Shown here: in pieces, positions 46,547 through 55,707 of the stretch
How positions within the stretch are numbered: position 1 is the first letter of the stretch
How the letters are laid out: the number at the start of each line of letters is the position of its first letter
Source of the DNA: Planctomycetota bacterium
Lineage (GTDB): Bacteria; Planctomycetota; UBA1135; UBA2386
Length of the DNA stretch: 64,000 bases
Reading direction: 5' to 3'
NCBI GenBank assembly: GCA_965228735.1
Contig: OZ245838.1
Span: 5,504,001-5,568,000 of the forward strand
Notes under the pieces: model-generated
What the model saw: only the letters and a program-made list of their open reading frames with translations
What the model was told of the DNA's origin: nothing
The model's database searches: none
Made by a program: the position numbers and the translations under genes

Positions 46547-48166
46547 ATGTCCCTCCGCTTCAAGCAGTTCGTCATCGCCGTGCTCGGGCTGATGTTCCTC
46601 GGCTCGTTGATCTATGTGCAGCGCATGGAGGTGCTGCGCAAGGAGCACGAGACGGCCGGGCGCGATGCGCCGGTTGCCGTGCCCGCTTCGAGTCAGCGCT
46701 GCGTCGATTGTCACAGCCAGGGCAACCCCGGCATCGTCGATCAGTGGATGTACAGCACGCATGCCCACAAGGGCGTCGGCTGCGTCGAGTGCCACCAGGC
46801 CAACGAGGGCGATGCCGATGCGTTCTTGCACGAGGGCGCGCTGATCGCCGCGATCGTCACGCCCAAGGACTGTGGGCGCTGCCACGAACAGGTGTTCGAT
46901 GAGTTCACCCGCAGCCACCACGCGCGGGGCGGCAACATCCTGGCGTCGCTCGACAACTTCCTCGCGGAGAAGGTGGAGGGCAAACGTGACGACACGAAGG
47001 AGGGCGCGGCGCGGTTCGCCTTCAACCCGCATGGACCGACGCCTGGCCGTTCGGGCATGGGCGAGGTCAACGGCCAGGCGAGTGCGGTGCTCGGCTGCAT
47101 GCAGTGTCACGGCAGCAAGATCGCGCTGCTTGCAACCGACGGCTCGACGTTGACCCTCGACGAGCTGCGACCCGACGAGGCCGGGCAACCCACCAACCTC
47201 GCCGCGGTCGCGAAGATCAAGAAGGACGAGAGCGGCAAGCCGATGCTCGATCCGAGCACCTGGCCCAACACCGGCATCGGCCGCATCAACCTCGATGGTT
47301 CGCGCGGCAGCTGCACTGCGTGTCACAGTCGTCACGACTTCTCGCCGCGGCGCGCGCGCCAGCCCGAGAACTGCGGCAAGTGCCATCTGGGGCCGGATCA
47401 CCCGCAGAAGGAGATCTACGAGGAGTCCAAGCACGGAGTCGCTTATCGGGACCTCAAGGACCGCATGAACCTCGACGGTGCCGAGTGGGTTCTGGGGCAG
47501 GACTACACCGCGGCCCCGACGTGCGCGACCTGTCACATGTCCGGCCACAGCAAGAACGGCGGCGTGATCACGCACGACGTCGGTGAGCGGATCAGCTGGA
47601 CGAACCGGCCGCCGGTGAGCCTCGTGCTCGATACCGACGCCAACCACAAGGTCGTCAAGGAGACCGATCCGGCGAAGCGCCAGGCGCTGATCGCCGACTC
47701 GTGGCAGGACAAGCGCACGCGCATGCAGCAGGTCTGCATGAACTGCCACACCGGCGACTACGTCGGCAGCTTCTACAAGCAGTACGACGACCTGATCCAC
47801 CTCTACAACGAGAAGTTCGCCAAGCCAGGCAAGGCGATCGTCGACGCGCTGAAGAGCAACGAGCTGCTCACCGAGCGGCAGTTCGACGAGAAGATCGAGT
47901 GGACGTGGTTCTATCTGTGGCACCACGAGGGGCGCCGCGCGCGCCACGGCGCCTCGATGATGGCGCCCGATTACACGCACTGGCACGGCATGTACGAGGT
48001 CGCCGAGCGGTTCTACATGGAGTTGATTCCCGAGGCGCGGGAGTTGACCCACGCGGCCAAGGCTGCCGGCAAGAGTGGCGAGGCCGAGGCCGTCGACGCG
48101 GTCATCGACGAGATCCTGGCGCGGCCGGAGCACGCGGGCAACGTCGTCGAGCAACGCGACCACTGA
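46547..48166 (+). CDS. octaheme cytochrome c of the hydroxylamine oxidoreductase (HAO) family, probably the reductive type
   Basis: Eight CxxCH motifs (CVDCH, CVECH, CGRCH, CMQCH, CTACH, CGKCH, CATCH, CMNCH), CHSRHDFS, CHLGPDHPQ.EIY.ESKHG and an N-terminal TM anchor. Confidence 0.9.
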   Translation: MSLRFKQFVIAVLGLMFLGSLIYVQRMEVLRKEHETAGRDAPVAVPASSQRCVDCHSQGNPGIVDQWMYSTHAHKGVGCVECHQANEGDADAFLHEGALIAAIVTPKDCGRCHEQVFDEFTRSHHARGGNILASLDNFLAEKVEGKRDDTKEGAARFAFNPHGPTPGRSGMGEVNGQASAVLGCMQCHGSKIALLATDGSTLTLDELRPDEAGQPTNLAAVAKIKKDESGKPMLDPSTWPNTGIGRINLDGSRGSCTACHSRHDFSPRRARQPENCGKCHLGPDHPQKEIYEESKHGVAYRDLKDRMNLDGAEWVLGQDYTAAPTCATCHMSGHSKNGGVITHDVGERISWTNRPPVSLVLDTDANHKVVKETDPAKRQALIADSWQDKRTRMQQVCMNCHTGDYVGSFYKQYDDLIHLYNEKFAKPGKAIVDALKSNELLTERQFDEKIEWTWFYLWHHEGRRARHGASMMAPDYTHWHGMYEVAERFYMELIPEARELTHAAKAAGKSGEAEAVDAVIDEILARPEHAGNVVEQRDH

Positions 48167-48190
48167 GTGATCGACCCGAGGAACGACGAG

Positions 48191-50560
48191 ATGAGCGACC
48201 AACGACATCCGGATCGGCGCGGTTTCCTGCGCGCGCTGGCGTGCACGCCCGCCGTCGCCGCGTTCTCCGAGCGCGACCGCCGCGAAGCCGAGCAGCTGCG
48301 CACGGCCCACGGCGAGGCCCCGGCCGACCGCCTTCGTGACCTCGATTGGGCGAAGGCGCCGTGTCGCTACTGTGGGACCGGCTGCGGGGTCGAGGTCGGG
48401 GTGCGTGACGGCAAGGTCCAGGCCGTTCGAGGTGACGAGAACAGCCCCGTCAACAAAGGCCTGCTCTGCGTCAAGGGCTACCACCTGCCCGCGATGCTCT
48501 ACGGCAAGGACCGCCTCACGCGACCCATGCTGCGTCGCAACGGCGTCCTCGAGCCGATCTCCTGGGACGAGGCCCTCGACCTGATCGCGGAGAAGTTCGG
48601 GGCGGCGCTCGAGGAGAAGGGGCCGGACGGCGTGGCGATGTACGGCAGCGGCCAGTGGACGGTGTTCGACGGCTACGCGGCGCTGAAGTGGGTCAAGGGC
48701 GGGATGAAGTCGAACAACATCGACCCCAACGCCCGCCTGTGCATGGCCAGCGCCGTGATGGGATTCGTGACGCAGTTCCAGAGTGACGAGCCGATGGGGT
48801 GCTACGAGGACCTCGATGTCGGCCAGGACTTCTACCTCTGGGGCAACAACATGGCCGAGATGCATCCGGTGCTGTTCAGCCGGATGCTCGAGAACAAGCG
48901 CCAGAACCCGGACGTGCGCATCATCGACATCGCGACGCGCCGCACTCCGACGAGTGACTACGCGGATGTCTACGTCGAGTTCCGACCCGGCAGCGATCTC
49001 GCGCTCGCGAACGGCATCCTGCATCTGCTCGTGCAGAACGGCGGTGTCGACCGGGCGTTCGTCGACGAGAACTGCGTCTTCAAGCGCGGCATCGAGGATC
49101 TCGAGGAGATCGGCTACGGCTGCTTCGGCGAGCAGGCCGAGAGCTACGAGTTCAAGGATCAGGCGAGGGACTCGAGCTACGACGAACTCGTCGAGTTCTT
49201 GAACGACTACACCCCGGACAAGGTGGCCGAGACGACCGGGGTGTCCGTGGCGCAGATCGAGCTGCTCGCCGAGATGTACGGCGACCGGGCCAGACGCAGC
49301 GTCTCCCTCTGGTGCATGGGCGTGAATCAACACACCCGCGGCACCTGGATGAACAACCTGCTCAACGACATTCATCTGTTGACGGGCAAGATCAGCCGGC
49401 CGGGGAACAACCCCTTCAGTCTCACGGGGCAGCCGTCCGCGTGCGGCACGGTGCGTGAGGTCGGTACCCTGGCGAACCGGCTCCCGGCCGACATGGTCGT
49501 GATGAAGGAGGCGCATCGGCAGAAGGCCGAGGAGATCTGGAAGCTGCCGGCGGGCACGATCAATCCGCAACCCGGGCATCACGCCGTCGACATGTTCCGC
49601 GCGTTCGCGCGTGGCGACACGAAGGCGATGTGGGTGCAGGTGACCAACCCCTGGGTCACGATCCCGAACCTGCGCCGGATCGAGCGCCAGCCCGGCGACG
49701 GCAAGTTCCTCGTCGTCAGCGACATCTACCCGACGCCGACGACGGACGTGGCCGACCTCGTGCTGCCGTCGGCGGCCTGGGTCGAGCGCGAGGGTGTGTT
49801 CGGCAACACCGAGCGCCGCACGCAGCAGTGGAACAAGATGGTCGAGCCGCCCGGGGAGGCCAAGGAAGACGCCTGGCAGATCATCCAGGTCGCGCGGCGC
49901 ATGGGCATGGGGCACCTGTTTCCGTGGCCCGATGAGTCGTTCCACGAGGCGATGTTCGAGGAATACCGCAGCTTCGGACTCGGCACTGGCAAGGACCTCG
50001 CGAGCTACGAGCAGCTCAAGAAGGCGCCGGGTCTCATGTGGCCCGTCGTCGACGGCAAGGAGACGCGCTACCGCTACGCGGCGGGGTTCGATCCCTACGT
50101 CGAGAAGGCCAAGGGCGTGCACTTCTACAAGGCGAAGGGCTACGGCGAACGGGCCGCGATCTGGCTGCGGCCGTACCACCCGCCTGCGGAGGAGCCCGAC
50201 GAGGACTACCCGCTGTGGCTCTGCACCGGTCGCGTGCTCGAGCATTGGCACACGGGGTCGATGACGCGCCGTGTGGCGCAGCTGCATCAGGCCGTGCCCA
50301 GTGCCTACGTCGAGCTCAATCGCGCCGATGCGCTGCAGCTCGGGATCAACAACGGCGACAGCGTCCGGCTCGTGTCCAGGCGCGGTGAGCTCGAGATCGA
50401 GGCGCGGATCGACGGCCGCGGCAAGACGCCTGCGGGCTCCGTGTTCGTGCCGTTCTTCGACGAGAAGCTGCTCGTCAACGACCTCACGCTCGATGCGCTC
50501 GACTGCATCAGCAAGGAACCGGACTACAAGAAGTGTGCGGTCCGGGTAGAGCGGGCATGA
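48191..50560 (+). CDS. napA: periplasmic nitrate reductase catalytic subunit
   Basis: Tat motif DRRGFL, 4Fe-4S motif CRYCGTGC..CVKG, GSGQWT, NARLCMASA, SLTGQPSACGT, GRVLEHWHTGSMT and DYKKCAV. Confidence 0.95.
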   Translation: MSDQRHPDRRGFLRALACTPAVAAFSERDRREAEQLRTAHGEAPADRLRDLDWAKAPCRYCGTGCGVEVGVRDGKVQAVRGDENSPVNKGLLCVKGYHLPAMLYGKDRLTRPMLRRNGVLEPISWDEALDLIAEKFGAALEEKGPDGVAMYGSGQWTVFDGYAALKWVKGGMKSNNIDPNARLCMASAVMGFVTQFQSDEPMGCYEDLDVGQDFYLWGNNMAEMHPVLFSRMLENKRQNPDVRIIDIATRRTPTSDYADVYVEFRPGSDLALANGILHLLVQNGGVDRAFVDENCVFKRGIEDLEEIGYGCFGEQAESYEFKDQARDSSYDELVEFLNDYTPDKVAETTGVSVAQIELLAEMYGDRARRSVSLWCMGVNQHTRGTWMNNLLNDIHLLTGKISRPGNNPFSLTGQPSACGTVREVGTLANRLPADMVVMKEAHRQKAEEIWKLPAGTINPQPGHHAVDMFRAFARGDTKAMWVQVTNPWVTIPNLRRIERQPGDGKFLVVSDIYPTPTTDVADLVLPSAAWVEREGVFGNTERRTQQWNKMVEPPGEAKEDAWQIIQVARRMGMGHLFPWPDESFHEAMFEEYRSFGLGTGKDLASYEQLKKAPGLMWPVVDGKETRYRYAAGFDPYVEKAKGVHFYKAKGYGERAAIWLRPYHPPAEEPDEDYPLWLCTGRVLEHWHTGSMTRRVAQLHQAVPSAYVELNRADALQLGINNGDSVRLVSRRGELEIEARIDGRGKTPAGSVFVPFFDEKLLVNDLTLDALDCISKEPDYKKCAVRVERA

Positions 50561-51132
50561 ATCGGCGCTCGCGGGTCGTGGCCGTTGTCAGCGCAATGGC
50601 TTGGGTGGTTCTCGCGGCGCTCGCTGCGTGCGGCGACGACGAAGCCGGCAAGGTTCCGGTGCCCGGTCAGCCAGGCGCCCACAAGACGTCGGCGAAGGTG
50701 CGGGCCGAGCGCCGGCTGTTCGACGGCGCGCCGCCCGTGATCCCGCACCAGGACTTCGGGGCCGCGTGCCTGTCGTGCCACGAGCGCGGCATGATGGTGC
50801 CGGAGGTCGGCTACGCGCCGCCCGTTCCGCATGACGGCGTGCAGAAGCCGGGGGCGATGAGCCGGTGTCGCATGTGCCACGTCTTCGTCCGAACGGACAC
50901 GACATTCGCCGCGAGCACGTTCGTCGGTTTCGCACAGGACCTGCGCAAGGGCGCCCGGCTCAACGACCACGCGCCGCCCGTCATCCCGCACCAGATCCTG
51001 CTGCGCGAGAACTGCGGGGCCTGTCACGACGGCCCGGCTGCCCGTGAGGAGGTGCGCTGCAGTCATCCCGAGCGCGTGCGTTGTCGGCAGTGTCACGTGC
51101 CGCAGGTGAGCACGGACGTGTTCGGGCGCTGA
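50557..51132 (+). CDS. napB: NapB-like cytochrome c lipoprotein, tandem-duplicated (four hemes)
   Basis: Lipobox LAAC and two APPVIPH...CxxCH...CxxCH units (CLSCH, CRMCH, CGACH, CRQCH). It has an ATGA overlap with napA. Confidence 0.85.
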   Translation: MNRRSRVVAVVSAMAWVVLAALAACGDDEAGKVPVPGQPGAHKTSAKVRAERRLFDGAPPVIPHQDFGAACLSCHERGMMVPEVGYAPPVPHDGVQKPGAMSRCRMCHVFVRTDTTFAASTFVGFAQDLRKGARLNDHAPPVIPHQILLRENCGACHDGPAAREEVRCSHPERVRCRQCHVPQVSTDVFGR

Positions 51133-51140
51133 GCTGTGGC

Positions 51141-52049
51141 TCAACGGACGCGATACACGTGGTAGCCGACGTGGTTGTCGGGCGCTTTCGGGTCGATCGT
51201 GATCGGTAGTTCCAGCGCGGTGCGGAGGCGCGCACCGTCCGCGGACTTCAGGCCGGCGGCGATCTGCAGCTGGTAATGCGGGCGTTTCGTCGTGCCGACC
51301 TCGGTGAGCGCCCGCTTGCGCATCGCGGGCGTGAAGGTGAGGCCGAGCGGCGGCTCGAAGCGGAACGTCGTCATGGTGCCGTCGACGTCGAGAGTCCGCA
51401 TCGGCACGAGGTGGGTCGTGTCGCCCTTCGCTTGCGGAACGATCAGCTGCACCTGGTCGAGTGTCGCGCCGTCGACCGGTCGGTCGAAGCGGATTCGAAA
51501 CCCGACGTGAGGAGCGATCAGTCCATCCGCCATCACGCCGCCGTCCTTGCCGTCGCGGCCCTTCTCGACGACCCGGACGAAGTTGCGCGGATCGTCGCCG
51601 TTCTCCGGTTCGAAGGGCAGGGCGAGCGTGACGGGAGCGCCGTGTTCGTGGACGAACGCGACGCGCGTCTCGCCGCGCGCCGGAAAAGCCTGGTGCGCCG
51701 CGGCGGCGATCTCGCGCAAACGGGCAGCGGCGGTGGGGCGATCGAGCCGGACGCGCACGTGCGCGCGCACCGCCACGGATTCCGTGCGCGTATCCCGCGT
51801 GACGGTCGCGGTCGTGAGGAGCGCGCCCGTCGCGGGATCGGCAATCCGCAGCACGTCCCCGCGATCGATGGCCTGCTGCACGCCGCGGAGGAGAACGGTG
51901 AGAACGACCTCGCCGCCCTCGGCATCCGCGACGCGTTCGAGGTGAGCCGGGATCTCACCGAGGATCCGCAGCGGAGCCTCCTGCCCGTTCGCCAGCGCGG
52001 CCAGCAGGGCGACGGCGGTGACGACCGAGTGACGAGTCGTGAGTCGCAT
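51141..52049 (-). CDS. secreted protein with a C-terminal Ig-like (Big_5/SbsA-like) domain
   Basis: Signal peptide and RIRFDRPVD...FRFEP...YQLQIAAGLKSADG. Confidence 0.6.
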   Translation of the reverse strand: MRLTTRHSVVTAVALLAALANGQEAPLRILGEIPAHLERVADAEGGEVVLTVLLRGVQQAIDRGDVLRIADPATGALLTTATVTRDTRTESVAVRAHVRVRLDRPTAAARLREIAAAAHQAFPARGETRVAFVHEHGAPVTLALPFEPENGDDPRNFVRVVEKGRDGKDGGVMADGLIAPHVGFRIRFDRPVDGATLDQVQLIVPQAKGDTTHLVPMRTLDVDGTMTTFRFEPPLGLTFTPAMRKRALTEVGTTKRPHYQLQIAAGLKSADGARLRTALELPITIDPKAPDNHVGYHVYRVR

Positions 52050-52147
52050 GCCGGACCAATAGCACTCGATCGACGACCCGTAACGGATGGCGGTACCGAA
52101 CCCGCTTCAAATCCGCCACGGGCGAATCGGCGGCGAGGTCGGTGTGG

Positions 52148-52242
52148 CCCGTACGGAACCTGGTTCATGCTGCCGGCCGCCGCAGCGCTACCTGCGAGAC
52201 GACGGCTTCGCGGCCGGCAGCATGAACCAGGTTCCGTACGGG
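52148..52242. repeat. 33-bp perfect inverted repeat with a 29-bp spacer (REP/MITE-like)
   Basis: CCCGTACGGAACCTGGTTCATGCTGCCGGCCGC at 52148-52180 and its exact reverse complement at 52210-52242. Confidence 0.92.
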
Positions 52243-52248
52243 GCACAT

Positions 52249-53916
52249 TCACTCTGCGGCGATCTCGGTCACCGTGCCGTCCTCGACGTGCCAGCGGCGC
52301 GTCAGCGCGACCGTGTCGAGCATTCGCCGGTCGTGGGTCACGAGCAGCACCGTGCCCTCGAACGACTCCATCGCCTGTTCGAGCTGTTCGATCGCTTCGA
52401 GGTCGAGGTGGTTGGTCGGCTCATCAAGGACGAGCAGGTTGACGCCGCGGGCTTGCAGCAGCGCGAGGGCTGTGCGGGTGCGTTCGCCGGGCGACAGTGA
52501 GCTCGCGGGGCGGTCGATCTGTGCGGTGCCGATGCCGAACTTCGCGAGCAGCGTGCGCACTTCGGACGTCGGCCAGTCCGGCAGGTGCTGCGCGAACACC
52601 TCGAGCATCGGTGCATCGGCCTCGAACAGCGCGCGGGCCTGGTCGACCTCGCCGACCGCGAGGCCGGCGCCGAGATCCACGGTGCCGGTCACGGGCTGCA
52701 GTCGACCGAGCAGCAGCGCGAGCAGCGTGCTCTTGCCGGCCCCGTTCGGCCCGGTGATCGCGACGCGGTCGCGGAAGTTCAGTTGCAGGTCGAGCGGGCC
52801 GAGCGTGAACGCGGCGCTGCCCGCATCCTCGCCGCCGCGCGTTGCGACCGCGCCACGGAGCCGCGACACGACCTCGCCCGAACGATCCGCGCTCGCGATC
52901 GTGAGTTGCAGCCGCCACTCCTTGCGCGGCGCCTCGACCTGGCCGAGCCGTTCGATCATGCGTTCGGTCTGCTTGATCTTGGCGGCCTGCTTCTCCGTCG
53001 ATTCCACGCGGAACGCGCGACCGATCTTGTCGCCGTCGGGCGCGCGCCGCCGCGCGTTCTTCACACCCTTCTGCATCCACGCGCGCTGCCGCCGGGCGCG
53101 CGCTTCGAGCGCCGACTTCTTCTCCGCAAACTCCTCGTAGGCGTCCGACGCGTGCCGCCGCGTCGTCCGACGCTCCTCGAGATACGCATCGTAGCTGCCG
53201 CCGTAGACGACGACGCGCTGCAGGCTGCGGTCGATCTCGACGACCTGGTTCACGGTGCGCGCGAGGAACTCGCGGTCGTGGCTGATCACCAGCGTCGGCG
53301 CGTCGAGCTCACGAACGAAGCGCTCCAGGCGATCGAGTCCGTCGATGTCGAGGTCGTTGGTCGGCTCGTCCAGCAGGTAGGCGTCGTAGCGTGACAGCAG
53401 CAGTGCGGCGAGTCCGGCGCGGGCCGCCTGGCCGCCCGACAACGACGTCATCGCGCGGTCGAGGTCGACCGTGAGACCGAGGTCCGCCGCGACGCTCGCG
53501 GAGCGTTCCGTGAAGTCGGCGCCGCCGAGGTGCAGCCAGTGTTCGAGCGCCTCGGAGTAGCGGTCGTCGGCGCCGGTCTCGCCATCGGCCATCGCGTCGG
53601 CGGCCGCGTTCATCGCTGCTTCGGCCGCGACCGTGCCCGTCCGTCGGCCGAGCAACGCGCGGATCGTCTCGCCCTCGCGCCGTTCCGGCTCCTGCGCGAG
53701 GAAGCCGATCGACGCGTGCTTGGGCGCGACGGTGACGGTGCCCAGATCGGGCGCACGCAGCCCCGCGAGGATCCGGAGCAACGTCGACTTGCCCGTGCCG
53801 TTGGGACCGACGAGGCCGATCACGTCGCCCGGTGTCACGTCGAGGTCGAGGCCGGAGAACAGCTCGCGCGCGCCGTAGCTCGCGGCGAGTCCCCGGCCGT
53901 GGATGGAAGCGGTCAC
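52249..53916 (-). CDS. ABC-F family ATP-binding protein
   Basis: Two nucleotide-binding domains (GPNGTGKST/LSGGQ/LDEPTN and GPNGAGKST/LSPGE/LDEPTNHLD) and no TM segments. Confidence 0.93.
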   Translation of the reverse strand: MTASIHGRGLAASYGARELFSGLDLDVTPGDVIGLVGPNGTGKSTLLRILAGLRAPDLGTVTVAPKHASIGFLAQEPERREGETIRALLGRRTGTVAAEAAMNAAADAMADGETGADDRYSEALEHWLHLGGADFTERSASVAADLGLTVDLDRAMTSLSGGQAARAGLAALLLSRYDAYLLDEPTNDLDIDGLDRLERFVRELDAPTLVISHDREFLARTVNQVVEIDRSLQRVVVYGGSYDAYLEERRTTRRHASDAYEEFAEKKSALEARARRQRAWMQKGVKNARRRAPDGDKIGRAFRVESTEKQAAKIKQTERMIERLGQVEAPRKEWRLQLTIASADRSGEVVSRLRGAVATRGGEDAGSAAFTLGPLDLQLNFRDRVAITGPNGAGKSTLLALLLGRLQPVTGTVDLGAGLAVGEVDQARALFEADAPMLEVFAQHLPDWPTSEVRTLLAKFGIGTAQIDRPASSLSPGERTRTALALLQARGVNLLVLDEPTNHLDLEAIEQLEQAMESFEGTVLLVTHDRRMLDTVALTRRWHVEDGTVTEIAAE

Positions 53917-53955
53917 GTGATCTCTGTAGCGGACCGCAGGCCCGCCGTCGAACGT

Positions 53956-55623
53956 TCAGCGGCGGTAGACGACGCGGCCGCCGACCATCGTGAGCTGCAC
54001 CTTCGTCTCGGACAGTTCTGCCGGCGGCACGTCGAACAGGTCGCCCGCGACGAGCACGAGGTCCGCGAGGTAGCCGGCGCGCAGCATCCCGAGGCGGTCT
54101 TCAGAATGACCGGCGAACGCGCCGCCGCGCGTGTACCCGGTCAAAGCCTCGGTCAGCGTGATCTTCTGCTCGGGGACCCAGCCCGCCGGGTTCTTGCCGT
54201 CGATCGTCACGCGCGTGACCGCCGCTTCGAGGCCGAGCCACGGCGACAGCGGCGCGACGGGCCAGTCACTGCCGAACGCGAGCACGGCGCCGGCGTCGAG
54301 CAGGCTGCGGAACGCGTACGTCGTGCGCGCGCGGTCCTCGCCGATCCGCTTCTTCGCCCAGCGGCCGTCGTCCGCGGCGTGATACGGCTGCATCGACGCG
54401 ATGACGCCGAGCTCGGCGAAGCGCGGGATGTCGGCGGGCAGCAGGTGCTGCGCGTGCTCGATCCGCGGCCGTTGCGCGCGCAGGCCCTCGGTCGCGGCCA
54501 TGAGATCGAGGACCGCGTGGTTCGCGCGGTCACCGATGGCGTGCACGGCGGGCTGCAGGTGCAGGTGCGCGCACTGCGCGAGCCACTCCGCGAGGTCGCC
54601 GTTCTCGACCTCCGGCATCGCGAGCCCTGCGGTGTCCGGCGCGTCGGCGTAGGGCGCCTCGAACCACGCGGTCGTCGAGCCGAGCGAACCGTCGGCGAAC
54701 GCCTTGCCGCCGTTCACGCGCAGGTAGCCGTCACCGAAGCCGCGCTGCACGCGGACCGCGCCCCAGCGAGCGATGTCCCGCAGCGGTGTGTAGAGCGTGA
54801 TTCGACACGTCAGTCGATCTTCGCGACGCAGCTCCTGATACGTCGGCAGCTCCGAGTACCCGTAGAGCATGTCGCATACCGAGGTGACGCCGAGTTCGCG
54901 GGCGTGGCGCAGCGCCGCCTCGGCGCGCAGTCGCCGTTGCTCCGCGTTCCACGCCGGCACGTGCGCCTGCACGAGCGCCATCGCGGCGTCCTTGAACACG
55001 CCCGCGGGCGCGCCGCCCGACGTCCGCACGATCGTCCCGCCCGGCGGATCCGGCGTCGCCTTCGTGACCCGCGCGATCCGGATCGCGAAGCTGTTGGCGA
55101 CCGCCATGTGACCGTCGAGCCGCTGCACGAACACCGGATGATCCGGCACGTAGCGATCGAGCACCGCGGCCGTCGGCAGCTGGGCGTCGGGCCAGCGCTC
55201 GTGATCCCAGAGCCCCGACGTGAGCCAGCTCCCGGCCGGCAACTCTGCCGCCGCTGCGCGCAACCGTTCGCCGAGCTGTTCGACGCTCGTCGCGCTGCGC
55301 AGGTCCGGCGCGAGGAGCTCGTCGCCGCCGCCGAGGAAGTGCACGTGCGAGTCGATGAAGCCGGGGAGCAGGGTGCCGCCGTCGCAGTCGATGGTCGTCG
55401 CTCGCGGTCCTGCGCGCTCGGCCGCCGTCTTGGCGTCGCCGACGAATGCGATGCGGTCAGAGGTGACGACGACGGCTTCGGCCAGCGGGCGGGCCGGGTC
55501 CGCGGTCCAGACCCTGGCGCCCGTGAACAGCGTCGTCGCGGGCGGCGCCGGGGCCTGCGCAACCACCGATTGCATGGCGAGCGCGAACAGCGCAACGAGC
55601 GAGCGGGCCGTCATGCCGGGCAT
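53956..55623 (-). CDS. secreted amidohydrolase (YtcJ-like, Amidohydro_3)
   Basis: PGFIDSHVH, ADGSLGS, VHAIGDRA, RIEHAQ, FGSDWPV and ADLV. Confidence 0.92.
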   Translation of the reverse strand: MPGMTARSLVALFALAMQSVVAQAPAPPATTLFTGARVWTADPARPLAEAVVVTSDRIAFVGDAKTAAERAGPRATTIDCDGGTLLPGFIDSHVHFLGGGDELLAPDLRSATSVEQLGERLRAAAAELPAGSWLTSGLWDHERWPDAQLPTAAVLDRYVPDHPVFVQRLDGHMAVANSFAIRIARVTKATPDPPGGTIVRTSGGAPAGVFKDAAMALVQAHVPAWNAEQRRLRAEAALRHARELGVTSVCDMLYGYSELPTYQELRREDRLTCRITLYTPLRDIARWGAVRVQRGFGDGYLRVNGGKAFADGSLGSTTAWFEAPYADAPDTAGLAMPEVENGDLAEWLAQCAHLHLQPAVHAIGDRANHAVLDLMAATEGLRAQRPRIEHAQHLLPADIPRFAELGVIASMQPYHAADDGRWAKKRIGEDRARTTYAFRSLLDAGAVLAFGSDWPVAPLSPWLGLEAAVTRVTIDGKNPAGWVPEQKITLTEALTGYTRGGAFAGHSEDRLGMLRAGYLADLVLVAGDLFDVPPAELSETKVQLTMVGGRVVYRR

Positions 55624-55707
55624 GGTAGGGCGTCCGCGCGGCGCGCCGGGAGTCGGAAATATTTGCCGACCACCTGCCGCTGCCGCGATCCCTGGCATCT
55701 TCCTCAC

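Noticed and set aside
46547..48166. Evidence for anammox or aerobic ammonia oxidation
   Set aside because: There is no hzs, amo or cycA/B in the window. The nap context and apparent lack of the cross-link Tyr favour a reductive role.
46421..50287. 1288-aa minus-strand ORF and similar long antisense ORFs (5594-8728, 8701-11958, 59945-61819)
   Set aside because: These are shadow frames of real genes in high-GC DNA and carry no recognisable motifs.
53530..55707. N-terminal ~725 aa of the 1585-aa ORF
   Set aside because: It is antisense to the ABC-F and amidohydrolase genes. The sigma-factor protein plausibly starts at the GTG at 55708.
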